Assembly (NCBI GenBank): GCA_963790715.1
Contig: CAWBPN010000001.1
Span: 11,902-75,901, forward strand
From: an uncultured Bacteroidales bacterium
Lineage (GTDB): Bacteria; Bacteroidota; Bacteroidia; Bacteroidales; Bacteroidaceae
Direction: 5' to 3'
DNA: 64,000 bases
A model generated the notes under the pieces. That model made no database searches and was not told the DNA's origin. It saw nothing but the letters and a program-made list of their open reading frames with translations. Below are positions 1 through 10,391 of this stretch, piece after piece (positions within the stretch are counted from its first letter, which is position 1; each line of letters begins with the position of its first letter). A program made the translations under genes and the position numbers.

Positions 1-365
1 TCGCTTACTCAAATATCACGATGGAAGGAGTTAAGTACCCTATTTTCATAGCAAGCTATTATCCCAAACCACCTAAAGAAGCATCAGATGCTGATCAGGT
101 GTGCAATGTAGATGACAAAACTCCGGGATGGAAAAACATTACCATTCGCAATGTGAAAGCGACAAATTGCGCAAACAACTTGTTTATCTGGGGATTACCT
201 GAATTACATGTAAGTAATATCCTGCTTGAGAATGTAAAGATTGAGTCGACAAAAGGTATCACTATCAATTATGCCGACAATGTAAATATAAAGAATTCGA
301 AATTCTCGGTAGCAGACAAATATATTATTCAGATATTCAAAAGTACCGTTAACGGATTAAATTAA
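1..365 (+). CDS. 3' end of a parallel beta-helix (pectin-lyase fold, GH28-like) glycoside hydrolase; the 5' end lies outside the window
   Basis: The frame is open from base 3. C-terminal repeats such as NVKIESTKGITINYADNVNIKNSKF are typical of right-handed beta-helix hydrolases. The family call rests on motif recollection only. Confidence 0.45.
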   Translation, partial: AYSNITMEGVKYPIFIASYYPKPPKEASDADQVCNVDDKTPGWKNITIRNVKATNCANNLFIWGLPELHVSNILLENVKIESTKGITINYADNVNIKNSKFSVADKYIIQIFKSTVNGLN

Positions 366-2197
366 AAGTTTTGCATATTATAGAGCTTCTTGTATACTCC
401 GTTGAGTACGAGAAGCTCTTCATGTCTTCCGCGTTCAACGATCTTCCCATCCTGCAATACACATATCTCATCCGCATTTCTGATTGTTGACAGGCGGTGT
501 GCAATGGCAATAGTAGTACGATTTTCCATTAACCGGTCAAGAGCTTCCTGCACCATAAATTCCGATTCGGTATCCAATGCCGATGTGGCCTCATCCAATA
601 TAAGTATTGGCGGATTCTTTAATATGGCGCGTGCAATACTTATGCGTTGGCGCTGACCGCCAGACAACTTACCACCGCGATCACCTATATTAGTATCATA
701 ACCCTTCTCCGTTTCCATGATAAATTCATGTGCGTTGGCTATCTTGGCAGCCTCGATAACTTCTTCTCTGGTTACATGTTCCATACCGTATGCAATATTA
801 TTGAAGAATGTGTCGTTGAACAAAATAGCTTCCTGGTTTACATTACCCATCAAGTTACGCAAATCCGATAATGATACATCCTGTATATTCACGCCGTCAA
901 TCAATATCTCTCCCGAATCAACATCTCGAAAGCGCGGCAACAAATCAACCAATGTAGATTTACCGGAACCTGATTGTCCGACCAAAGCCACCGTAGTACC
1001 TTTCTTAATATTAAGATTAATATTTTTCAATACGTCATTACTGCTGCCATCATACGCAAACGACACATTGCGATACTCGATTTTATCATTCATCTCCTTT
1101 AAAGGCACCGGATGTTCGGCTATCTTCATGTTGTTTTTTGCCAACAAAATACGGTCGACACGTTCCATTGAAGCCAATCCTTTCGGTATATTATACCCCG
1201 CTTTTGAAAAGTCCTTCAACGGATCCAATATGCTATATAAAATAACCAGATAAAAGATGAACGACGGTGCATCTATGGTAGCCGAGTTTCTCAACACCAA
1301 CACTCCACCGAACCACAATACTATAACTATTAGGATAGTGCCAAGCAATTCACTTAAAGGATGAGCCAACTGCTGACGAACCTCTACCTTGTTTAATGTA
1401 TGGCGATATTTTTCATTGCTGCCTTCAAAACGGCCTTTCATCTTTTTCTCAGCAATAAAAGCCTTCACTATACGCAAGCCTCCCAATGTTTCCTCCAGTA
1501 ACGACATCAAATCGCTCCATTGGCTCTGAGCATACAAAGAACGTTGTTTTAGCCGCTTACCGACTTGCCCTATAATCCATACCATACCCGGAAGCACTAC
1601 AATAGTAAACAGCGTCAACTGCCAACTGATTACAATCAATGTGCCGAAATAAAACAAAATCAAAATAGGGTTCTTGAACAACATGTCCAACGAACTCATT
1701 ATGGAATTATCCACTTCCTGCACATCACCGCTCATGCGGGCAATAATATCACCCTTGCGTTCTTCGGAAAAGAAAGATAAAGGTAACGATAATATTTTAC
1801 TATAAAGCTGATTGCGTAAATCCCTTACCACACCGGTACGGATAGGTATCATTGCAGCCGAAGAAATAAAATAAGAACCGGTCTTGAGAAACGTCATACC
1901 AACCAGGAACAAACCTAATATAAGTAGAGTGGAACTTGCTCCATAACTACTAATAAGCCCCTCAACATAATAATAGAAATTATTAACTGCTATGGTTTTT
2001 AAACTGGCATGAGCACCCCATGGAATAAAGCTGTAATGTGTATTATTTATCTTGAATAGAATCTGTAGAATAGGAATAATCAACGTAAAAGAAAATACAT
2101 TCAGGAGTGCTGATAATATATTAAAAATCACAGATAAAAAAAGATATTTTTTATATGGTGGCACAAATCGCCGTAGAATACGAAGAAACTCTCTCAT
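362..2197 (-). CDS. ABC transporter, fused permease/ATP-binding protein (MsbA-like exporter)
   Basis: 611 aa with a hydrophobic N-terminal half (about 6 TM segments). Carries Walker A GQSGSGKST, ABC signature LSGGQRQR and Walker B ILILDEATSALD. Confidence 0.9.
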   Translation of the reverse strand: MREFLRILRRFVPPYKKYLFLSVIFNILSALLNVFSFTLIIPILQILFKINNTHYSFIPWGAHASLKTIAVNNFYYYVEGLISSYGASSTLLILGLFLVGMTFLKTGSYFISSAAMIPIRTGVVRDLRNQLYSKILSLPLSFFSEERKGDIIARMSGDVQEVDNSIMSSLDMLFKNPILILFYFGTLIVISWQLTLFTIVVLPGMVWIIGQVGKRLKQRSLYAQSQWSDLMSLLEETLGGLRIVKAFIAEKKMKGRFEGSNEKYRHTLNKVEVRQQLAHPLSELLGTILIVIVLWFGGVLVLRNSATIDAPSFIFYLVILYSILDPLKDFSKAGYNIPKGLASMERVDRILLAKNNMKIAEHPVPLKEMNDKIEYRNVSFAYDGSSNDVLKNINLNIKKGTTVALVGQSGSGKSTLVDLLPRFRDVDSGEILIDGVNIQDVSLSDLRNLMGNVNQEAILFNDTFFNNIAYGMEHVTREEVIEAAKIANAHEFIMETEKGYDTNIGDRGGKLSGGQRQRISIARAILKNPPILILDEATSALDTESEFMVQEALDRLMENRTTIAIAHRLSTIRNADEICVLQDGKIVERGRHEELLVLNGVYKKLYNMQNF

Positions 2198-2225
2198 CTT
2201 TTTTTACAATTATTGGTACGTGCCG

Positions 2226-2233
2226 CAAAGATA
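2226..2233 (-). promoter_or_regulatory. Bacteroides -7 promoter motif (TATCTTTG) for the MsbA-like gene
   Basis: The minus strand reads TATCTTTG (consensus TAnnTTTG), 28 nt upstream of the ATG at 2197. Confidence 0.55.
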
Positions 2234-2282
2234 TAGTTTTTTATTTGCATTTTCCGTTCTATTAAGCTTATTTATTGTTACA

Positions 2283-3554
2283 TTACTCCTGAACATTGGA
2301 TAATGACGTGTATCCGGCCTTTTTCATCTCCTTATATTTGCGAATAACATGTATCCTACTGTTAAGTATTTGCCAACGATAAACCACACATGTAGTAATA
2401 AAATAAAAGCCTGCTTGCAACCATAAAGCCTGATACTCTAACTTAACTTCGCTTAATGTGGCACCCATACCACTAATGCGTGCAAAGCCGTTAATACCGA
2501 ATGTTGACGGAAAAACATAAGAGACAATTTTCCAAAATGGAGGTACGGCTGTTCCGGGCCATGAAATACCGCTTATAAACAATAACGGAACAGAGCAAAA
2601 AAGAAATATTAAGAAACAAACTTCCCTAGTACGGACGAATATTGAACATGTCATCGCAAAGAATATACATGCTATTAAAAATGGAACTATAAACCCTATT
2701 AATGTCCATGGTTGAGCTATTTGATCCAACTTAAACACCCACGGAATAAACCTTAGCACATAAACCGCATCCAAGGCATATATAATAAAATAGCATAACC
2801 CCTTACCGAAAACGATACGCAAGGTACCATTGTAATGATTGTTGATAGGCACCAAATCTTTAAACTGATTCTTTTCACGGGCTGTTCCGGCCGACAATCC
2901 CACACCTAACACTAAAGTTTGTTGTATAACCAATATCAACACCGCAGGGATTAAGAATGTTGCAAAACCGTTTTGCGGATTAAACATCGTTACCGATTCA
3001 TAGTTAATAGGATAACGTGTCACTTCATCTTCTCTTTCGGTAGTATTTCCAGACCTTTCAACCTTAATATCATTATTCATATCCAACGACACTGCATTGC
3101 AAGCCATAAGAATAGCCCTGTAATAAAGCAAACCGCTCATATCGTAATAAATGCTGATGTGAGCCTGCTCCATTCTATATATATCTTTAGCAAACGTCGT
3201 CGGTATATATATGATACCGTAAGCACCCTTTTCACGCATTATTTGCCGAGCCTCCGACATATCGGCAGCATAACATACGACCTTAACATCAGACGTAGCA
3301 TCCACCTTGCGTATATACTCACGGCTTTTGAATGAATGAGAATTATCTATAACTACAACAGGTACATCACGAACCACTTCCGGGTTATATATCAAAGTAT
3401 AAATAACAGGGTAAATAAGAGGTACTATGAAGAAAAATATCCTTATGCCCTGGTCCTTCAATACAGTCTTTAATTCGTTCCCCCAGATGTAAAGTACATC
3501 ACCGGCACCCTGCTTTACAGTATTAAAGAAGCTAAATCTTTCATCTTTGCTCAT
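2283..3554 (-). CDS. ABC-2 type transporter permease (YbhR/YbhS-like)
   Basis: 423 aa with one N-terminal TM, a large soluble loop and a C-terminal bundle of about 5 TM segments. Overlaps the upstream permease gene by 4 nt, at the end of the TolC-HlyD operon. Confidence 0.75.
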   Translation of the reverse strand: MSKDERFSFFNTVKQGAGDVLYIWGNELKTVLKDQGIRIFFFIVPLIYPVIYTLIYNPEVVRDVPVVVIDNSHSFKSREYIRKVDATSDVKVVCYAADMSEARQIMREKGAYGIIYIPTTFAKDIYRMEQAHISIYYDMSGLLYYRAILMACNAVSLDMNNDIKVERSGNTTEREDEVTRYPINYESVTMFNPQNGFATFLIPAVLILVIQQTLVLGVGLSAGTAREKNQFKDLVPINNHYNGTLRIVFGKGLCYFIIYALDAVYVLRFIPWVFKLDQIAQPWTLIGFIVPFLIACIFFAMTCSIFVRTREVCFLIFLFCSVPLLFISGISWPGTAVPPFWKIVSYVFPSTFGINGFARISGMGATLSEVKLEYQALWLQAGFYFITTCVVYRWQILNSRIHVIRKYKEMKKAGYTSLSNVQE

Positions 3555-4735
3555 GGCATATATGTATAATAAAGCATAGCCTTTTTAAGCCTGCCGATAA
3601 TTATAAAAGGTAAAAAGATAAAAATCATCAAAGCAAGGTAGCTACTCCATGAATATATCATCGGATAACCGTTAAGTGCCTGATCTACATAAATCAAAAA
3701 ATAGTGCCTCAAAGGAAACAATGCAGACAGCCCTTGTACCCACGGATACATAGCCATACATGGAAATGTAAAACCGCATATAGAGAATGAAACCACCCCC
3801 CAAAGTGAAGCGAAACATAGTCCGTAACGCAATGTAGGGAACGTACCTATCATAACAACGCCGGTTGCTTGCGAAGCCAACACCATACACAGCATTGCAA
3901 ATAACATCGGACCTAACCCGCTGTTACAAGGAAATTGTAAAAATTTATACAAATACACATCAATGGCAGCCCCTACAATAAAAAATACAATCGTATACGG
4001 TAGAATCTTACCCCAAAGAGAAAGGAGAATTGAATTGTTTCCTGCCCGCAACCATTCACGCGAAGTACGCTCTTTCAATTCAACGCCTATGGAATAGACA
4101 GTTACCTGAAAAATCACTAACATCAACATACCCGGAATCAAGGTGTTACACAAATAAACCGAATAGTTTAACCATGGATTATTTATAGGATGCGAATCAA
4201 TGACAATAGGTTGCAACAAACTTTGTATCACATCATCTGTATAACCTCTTGCCCGCAAAGACTCGCGCGAAATAGCACCGTTAGCCAATTCCGACATGGT
4301 TTTCATATCACGATAAAGTAAAGCTCCGGAAATGAACCATGAATTATTGGTATAAAATGAAATCGTCGGGCGACGGCTTGAAAGAGCTTTTTTTGTGGTA
4401 TTCTTCGGAATATAAAAAAAACCGTAAATGTCTCCCTTTTGCATGGATCTGCGCGCTTGAGATACATCTGGGAAATGTTGAGTAATGGCAATCTGTTGAA
4501 AGGCGTCAAGGTTACGCATCAATTCCCGCGACACTGAAGTTTGATCCTGATCTACTACACCTATCGGCAAATCGGTAGGCAACCCTTTATTCATTAATGA
4601 GGCATAAAAAAAAGTACAAAATATCGGCACACCAATCATACAAAACAGATTGATAGGACGTGTGACAAGAAGTTTACACTCTCTTATAAACACGTCATAC
4701 AAGTATGAATATCCTTTTTTGTGCTCTTTTTCCAT
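3551..4735 (-). CDS. ABC-2 type transporter permease (YbhR/YbhS-like)
   Basis: 394 aa with the same architecture as the neighbouring permease. Starts 4 nt after the HlyD-like gene. Confidence 0.75.
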   Translation of the reverse strand: MEKEHKKGYSYLYDVFIRECKLLVTRPINLFCMIGVPIFCTFFYASLMNKGLPTDLPIGVVDQDQTSVSRELMRNLDAFQQIAITQHFPDVSQARRSMQKGDIYGFFYIPKNTTKKALSSRRPTISFYTNNSWFISGALLYRDMKTMSELANGAISRESLRARGYTDDVIQSLLQPIVIDSHPINNPWLNYSVYLCNTLIPGMLMLVIFQVTVYSIGVELKERTSREWLRAGNNSILLSLWGKILPYTIVFFIVGAAIDVYLYKFLQFPCNSGLGPMLFAMLCMVLASQATGVVMIGTFPTLRYGLCFASLWGVVSFSICGFTFPCMAMYPWVQGLSALFPLRHYFLIYVDQALNGYPMIYSWSSYLALMIFIFLPFIIIGRLKKAMLYYTYMP

Positions 4736-4738
4736 CTA

Positions 4739-5738
4739 TTAGTTCTCCTCCTTGATGATAACCGACATACCCGGACGCAAATTCGGAACTTGTGCAAACG
4801 GACGGGCTTTAACTTCAAAAGTTTTTAAGTCGAATTGCCCCGTAGTTTTTGTCGCTTTCCAAGTGGCATACGTACCCAAGTCTTTCATATAAGTGACATG
4901 CAATTTCACACGCTCATTATTCAACGCCGGTATAAAAGCCGTAAATGTTTTACCTACTGTTAGCCCTTTCAACAAATCTTCGCGAACATTGAACGTTGCC
5001 CACATATCATTCATTTCAGCAATGCTCATAATCGGAGCGCCGGTACCGACCAGTTCACCCAACTCCGGATAAATCTCGGTTACTTCTCCGGCGGCCTGGG
5101 CAATCAGGTAAGTCTCATTTTTATATGATTTCACCTCAGCAACCACACCTTTGGCTTGATTAACCAAAGCGGCGGTAGCCATCTTATCTTCGCGCTCGTG
5201 CACCGTGAATCGCCATATCGTATTGCGACTTAGCAGCTTTTTCAGTAGCAATGGCTGCATCACGTTGGGCACTTATTTCATCAAACTTTTGTGCGGCAAC
5301 CACTCCTTGTTCATATAAGGTCTTAATACGTTTATACGATTTCTGCGCAATAGTCACACCAGCCTTAGCCTGTTGCCACTGTTCAAACGCACCCCTTATT
5401 TGCTCGGAACGTGTACCTTTATCAGCTTTTTGATTCTGAGCCTGTGCTGCCTGTTCGGCCGACTGAGCCTGTTTCATCTTTGCATCCACATCCGGAGCCT
5501 CCAGCACAGCCAATGTATCTCCAACCTCCACTTTGTCACCTTCGTGCACCGGCAACCGCAATATACGTCCAGGCACTTTGCTTGACACTCTGTATTCCGT
5601 CACGTCTGTCTGACCTTGTATCATTTCCGGTCCTTTCTTAAGCAAAAAGAAACCTATCAACGCGACTATTATAATTACGCCCATTAACGTTATGAACGCT
5701 ATAAGCAAATTAGTGTTTTGTGATCTTTGTGATACCAT
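4739..5738 (-). pseudogene. HlyD-family periplasmic adaptor (YbhG-like), split by one frameshift
   Basis: ORF 5184-5738 holds the N-terminal TM, lipoyl-like hairpin and coiled coil. ORF 4739-5272 holds the second half. The frames read ..SQYDMAIHGARARR* and ..HEREDKMATAALVNQAKG.. across 5195-5215, which is consistent with a 1-nt indel. Confidence 0.75.
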
Positions 5739-5740
5739 GA

Positions 5741-7156
5741 TTATTTTGTATTATTTGTTAACGTACCTAATGACTTCTGTAAGTATAAATCAGTCAATTT
5801 CACTTCTATTTCAGCATCTATCTTTTCAGATTTGGCTTGCAACCACGCCGTATGAGCTTCCAAAGCAGTACTTGCCGGAATAACGCCCGCATCAAACCCT
5901 ATTGTTGCCGAACGCAGGTTTTCTTCGGCTTTCTCCATATTCTTATTTGCCATCGTCAACTTCTTGCCGGCCTCATTAACCTTAAACACCGACTGGTTGA
6001 CTTGCAACTCTATCTTCTCGCGGGCATCGGCCAACTCATATTGGGCGATACGCGCATCAGCTTTTGCCATATTCACCTTGTAACGGCGGGCATCCCAATC
6101 CCACAACGGATAAGTTACGTTCACTCCCACATTCCACATGCCTGCAAACTTCTTTTCAAACCCATCCTTAAAATTCGGATTAGTTACAATATAATTGCCC
6201 ATAGCCACCACGGTAGGCAAATAATTAGCCTCTTCAAGCTTTACTTTTTGATTCTGAATATTTATATTCAAACCCAAACTTTTCAACTCAGGTCTGTTCT
6301 GATATGCCGTTTCCACATCCACGGCAGCCTTATTATACCTTGCAGACAAGTTATCCAAATTTTCATCTGTCAGTTTGAATTGAGTACTTATAGGTATTCC
6401 GCATATCTCACACAGCAGCATCTTACTTAAATCCAGTCCGTCTTCAGCCTTTGTCAACGAGATCTCAGCCTCATTTTTCTTTACGGCCACCGACAAACCG
6501 TCAGCCTTGGTAGCCACACCCTGAGCAATCATCTTTTGAATATCACTATCCATCTTTGCAAGCAAATTCAAATAGCCGTTAGCCAACTTCACCTTGTTTG
6601 CCAAAGAAACCACTTGCCAATAAGCCTCATCCGTATTTACGATTACATCCTGGTTTTTCTCCTCATGCATCTGTATGGCAAGTTGCTCGGCATACCTCGC
6701 TATTTCATTATAAGCCTTAATGCGCCCACCCATGTACACAGGTTGAGTCACATTAAGCACACCCGCAAAAACGTTACGAGTATCAAAATCGGTGGCGGAT
6801 TTTAATTTACTGCCTAAAGGAGACAAGTCGATAGTTTGTTGGCTCAACTTACTCAGCAACCCCGACATTCCTGTCAAAGCCGTATTAAGCTGTGACAAAT
6901 CGCCTGAACTCATGACTTTAGTACCATATTGATTACGCATATAATTGCCGCTTACGGTAAATTTCGGCAAATATTCAGTATGAGCTTCGTCTTTCAGATT
7001 AGCAGCACGATTGATATTTTCTCCGCTGATAAGCAACGACTTATTATTAGCGATAGCCATACGTCGACAGCTATCAAGGCTATAGGTTTGTGCTTGTAAA
7101 GTCATCAGTCCGTTTAAACACAGAAACAAACCAACCATATTTTTATTTATCTTCAT
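5741..7156 (-). CDS. TolC-family outer membrane efflux protein
   Basis: 471 aa with a signal peptide and two long helical/coiled repeats typical of the OEP family. First gene of the efflux operon. Confidence 0.85.
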   Translation of the reverse strand: MKINKNMVGLFLCLNGLMTLQAQTYSLDSCRRMAIANNKSLLISGENINRAANLKDEAHTEYLPKFTVSGNYMRNQYGTKVMSSGDLSQLNTALTGMSGLLSKLSQQTIDLSPLGSKLKSATDFDTRNVFAGVLNVTQPVYMGGRIKAYNEIARYAEQLAIQMHEEKNQDVIVNTDEAYWQVVSLANKVKLANGYLNLLAKMDSDIQKMIAQGVATKADGLSVAVKKNEAEISLTKAEDGLDLSKMLLCEICGIPISTQFKLTDENLDNLSARYNKAAVDVETAYQNRPELKSLGLNINIQNQKVKLEEANYLPTVVAMGNYIVTNPNFKDGFEKKFAGMWNVGVNVTYPLWDWDARRYKVNMAKADARIAQYELADAREKIELQVNQSVFKVNEAGKKLTMANKNMEKAEENLRSATIGFDAGVIPASTALEAHTAWLQAKSEKIDAEIEVKLTDLYLQKSLGTLTNNTK

Positions 7157-7187
7157 ACCTTACAATTCAGTTTTATTGTTCAAACAA

Positions 7188-7195
7188 CAAAGATA
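7188..7195 (-). promoter_or_regulatory. -7 promoter motif (TATCTTTG) for the efflux operon
   Basis: The minus strand reads TATCTTTG, 31 nt upstream of the TolC ATG. Confidence 0.55.
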
Positions 7196-7290
7196 GAAGA
7201 ATTAATCAGAACACCAACAAGATTTTACTTTTTTTATTACTAAACTAACAAAAAAGTACACGTCATCCTAATGAGCTAATTTAAAACGAG

Positions 7291-7320
7291 AAAAGAATGG
7301 ATTTACAAATCCATTCTTTT
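7291..7320. terminator. Perfect hairpin, likely a bidirectional intrinsic terminator
   Basis: AAAAGAATGGATTT-ac-AAATCCATTCTTTT, a 14-nt perfect complement with A/T runs on both sides. It separates the ATPase fragment from the efflux operon. Confidence 0.6.
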
Positions 7321-7528
7321 AAAATATATATTATTTTGTTAGGTCAGGGTAAAGGTAATCGATTAATCACCAATAATTCAGCTTTCCATTTACGTTTATT
7401 CCACCCAATATAGTACATCTCAATGTCGGTATGAGCTTTTGAATAGTTCAAACATACAAAAAAATTAAATACGTTAGTTTATATTTGCCTTAAAAATACT
7501 TAATGCATCAATCTTTGTCCGGTTAATC

Positions 7529-8155
7529 TTATATCACACCGCTTTTACTAATAATCTGTATTTCACTCAGCCATTCGGCCGCAGAAATGAATTGAATAGT
7601 ATGGCCATTCTTTTCCTCCTCTCTGTCTTCATCAAAATTGATAAGAAGCAGATTCTCACATTTAAATTTTTCGGCAGCCTTTACCAATCCGTTGATTTCG
7701 CGTTTCAGTGTTTTCTCCGAACTTATATCATAAGATACCTGTATCAACTGTTCCACCTTTCCATCTTTAGCCACTATAAAATCCACCTCCCATTGCTTAT
7801 CTCTATAATAAAAAACATCTGCATATTTAGGACGATTACGTCGAAGAAGTTCAATATAAGCTACATTCTCAAGCCTCCATCCCAGATTTTCCGTCGAGAA
7901 TGTTCCTTCCCTTTCTGAAACAAATGCAACATCCACCACGTAAACCTTTTCATTGCGAACGCGATCCTTGCTTTTATACGAGAACATCGGAACGCCAAGC
8001 AACATATACGCCTCCTTCAAATAAGAATAATAGTTTCCTGCCGTATGATCGGATATGCCAAACAATTTTGATATTGCGAAGATAACTAAACTTCGATAAT
8101 ACGCCAAATAATACCATATTAAACTTCGATATTTTCCCCAATTTTTGTTAAACAA
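7529..8155 (-). pseudogene. C-terminal fragment of an AAA+ ATPase with DUF4143 (PD-(D/E)xK-like) domain
   Basis: 208 aa with no P-loop half. It aligns with the C-terminal halves of the intact paralogs at 11255-12487 and 51080-52363 (..WEVDFIVAKDGKVEQLIQVSY..). Confidence 0.6.
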
Positions 8156-8375
8156 CTTCGATATTTTCCGGTTTTCATGGCAAGATTTTGAGAGATTTTT
8201 ATATTTGGAATCCTGATATACTATTCATTTCCGTTAACTTGTTATCTTGACTCTCTTGTATTAAATCGTCTAGCAATGAAATATCATTTACTACAGAGGT
8301 ATAACCATCCTTAGGTTTTTTGAGCAATTTATTCAAAGCTTCGCGAAATGCTGAAATAGAGTAGTATTGCAAAAT

Positions 8376-8810
8376 TTATAGAGAGTTAAGCTTTTCTGAA
8401 ATTGTATTGAAGTGATTATTGTCCGGAAGCTCAACTTTAAATACGACTAAATCATTATATATTTCTTTTATATCATCAATGCTTTCACGTAAATCCTTAA
8501 GATGAGTTTTAATTCCTGAATAGAATTTTGATTTTTTCAGTCTAATATATAACTCATCCAAATTGGTCATTGTGCGTTTTAAATCCTCTTTGATATATGC
8601 CACATCAAGAGATGACATACTATTGTAATTGTCATAAATAATTTTATACAATCTATTATTCAAAGAATTAAGTTCACAGATGTCACTTTGGATTTTTAAT
8701 ATGGTATCCAAGAAAGAATCAATATCAGATGATACATTCTTAATCATACATGTCGATTCATGATGAACCGCATTGATCTCCTCTTTTATTTCTTCAATAC
8801 ATGTACACAT
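8376..8810 (-). CDS. Hypothetical helical/coiled-coil protein; the frame stays open for 58 codons past its TAA stop
   Basis: 144-aa ORF in AT-rich DNA. Checked codon by codon: the same frame continues without a stop from 8375 down to 8202, and the next stop is at 8199-8201. Confidence 0.4.
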   Translation of the reverse strand: MCTCIEEIKEEINAVHHESTCMIKNVSSDIDSFLDTILKIQSDICELNSLNNRLYKIIYDNYNSMSSLDVAYIKEDLKRTMTNLDELYIRLKKSKFYSGIKTHLKDLRESIDDIKEIYNDLVVFKVELPDNNHFNTISEKLNSL

Positions 8811-8953
8811 ATTATCTTCCTTTTATTTGTCCACAAAGATAAATACAATTAAGATATAACGCAAAATATTATCATAAAAATCATAGATTTGGGGATTTAA
8901 ATGTTCAGGGCATTGTCATTCCAAGTGAAGAGACGAGCATCAACAGGTATAAG

Positions 8954-9367
8954 ATGTTCGTATGTGACACAGGTCTGTTTACAACATTGGCATTTAAGGA
9001 CAAAGACTTCACAGAAAATGTCATATATCAAAAGCTCCTTAGTGACAAGTCAGATACAAACTTAGGTTATCTTTATGAGAATGTCGTTGCCCAGATGCTT
9101 CGGGCATCAGGTAATGAATTATTCTATTACACCTTCCCCAAAGAGACAAGCAATCATAATTATGAGATAGACTTTCTGTTAGCCAGGAAAAATAAGATTT
9201 GTCCGATAGAAGTTAAATCATCAAATTATAAGACCCATGCATCAATGGATGCTTTCACCAAGAAATATTCAGGCAGCATTTTAAATAGATATTTGCTATA
9301 TACAAAAGATTTGCACAAAGAGCAAGATTTAATGTGCGTGCCTATGTATATGACTCCTTTCCTATAA
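8954..9367 (+). pseudogene. C-terminal fragment of an AAA+/DUF4143 ATPase
   Basis: 137 aa containing ..YEIDFLLARKNKICPIEVKSS.., the nuclease-like tail of the family. There is no ATPase domain upstream. Confidence 0.6.
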
Positions 9368-9372
9368 GATGT

Positions 9373-9858
9373 CTACATCATGTACGCTTTTACAACTTTA
9401 TCCACTATCTTGCAAAGCCTAATTTGTATAGCCATTATCCATGCAGGAGTCAATTCACCATATCCTTTATTCATATAGGATGTACCGTCACCTTGTAAAT
9501 AATGTATACCGGCATGAGGTTTATTGTTTTCTTCATAGTGAGATCTCAAATCAATCCTTTCTGAAACGCATCTAATTTTCCTTGCATTCAACAATATGCA
9601 ACCATAATACTTATCCCCTTGCTTACACCATTTCTTTATTTGAGGTCCGAAACCCATAAAGTCATTCATAGAAACATATAATTCTCTGCTTACCGAAACA
9701 TAATCTTCATTTTTGTGATATAATGAAAACACATCAAGAGACAAATGGTTCTCTTCATCAAAGCATCCAGGGTACGATATTAATCGAAACAACATTTCAT
9801 CATCACCAATTGCATACCTCACATCAACTTCATCGCTCATATCTTTAATGCCATTCAC
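9373..9858 (-). CDS. Hypothetical protein, third gene of a 3-gene operon
   Basis: 161 aa. Its start overlaps the upstream stop by 4 nt (ATGA). No motif recognised. Confidence 0.5.
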   Translation of the reverse strand: MNGIKDMSDEVDVRYAIGDDEMLFRLISYPGCFDEENHLSLDVFSLYHKNEDYVSVSRELYVSMNDFMGFGPQIKKWCKQGDKYYGCILLNARKIRCVSERIDLRSHYEENNKPHAGIHYLQGDGTSYMNKGYGELTPAWIMAIQIRLCKIVDKVVKAYMM

Positions 9859-10388
9859 TTTAATAAATCATAGAATTGATGAATAGCGTCTGCATTTTTA
9901 ATCCCCGCCTCATTACATTTATCATTATCGGAATTATCATTTACTATTGCGTATGAAAAGGCATTGCGACCTATATTTACGCATGCAGTAATACTATTAA
10001 CATAGAATTGAATAAGCACTGTACCGTTTGGTCTTAAAAATGCGCTGACAGATTTAAATACATTGTCATTGTTGCATTGATTTATAAAGGATATCACATT
10101 ATTTATTATCAAAGCAGGCGGTTTCACCATATCACATTCTTTCCATTTATATTTGGTAGATAAAGCTCTCACTTCCGATATCAAATGCTGTTTGTATGAT
10201 ATAATATTATCATTAAAATAATATTTTGCTACATGCCATTTTGATTTACTGAGATTTATAGGTTTAATATTGTTTTTTGAATAGAATAATTGAATTCCAT
10301 CCACATTACTTTCGCGCAATAATGTATCATTTATATTATATAATTCTTCATCCGCCAATTCCACGTCACAATATTGATCAGTTCTCAT
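9855..10388 (-). CDS. Hypothetical protein, second gene of the 3-gene operon
   Basis: 177 aa. Begins 3 nt after the upstream stop. No motif recognised. Confidence 0.5.
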   Translation of the reverse strand: MRTDQYCDVELADEELYNINDTLLRESNVDGIQLFYSKNNIKPINLSKSKWHVAKYYFNDNIISYKQHLISEVRALSTKYKWKECDMVKPPALIINNVISFINQCNNDNVFKSVSAFLRPNGTVLIQFYVNSITACVNIGRNAFSYAIVNDNSDNDKCNEAGIKNADAIHQFYDLLK

Positions 10389-10391
10389 AAT

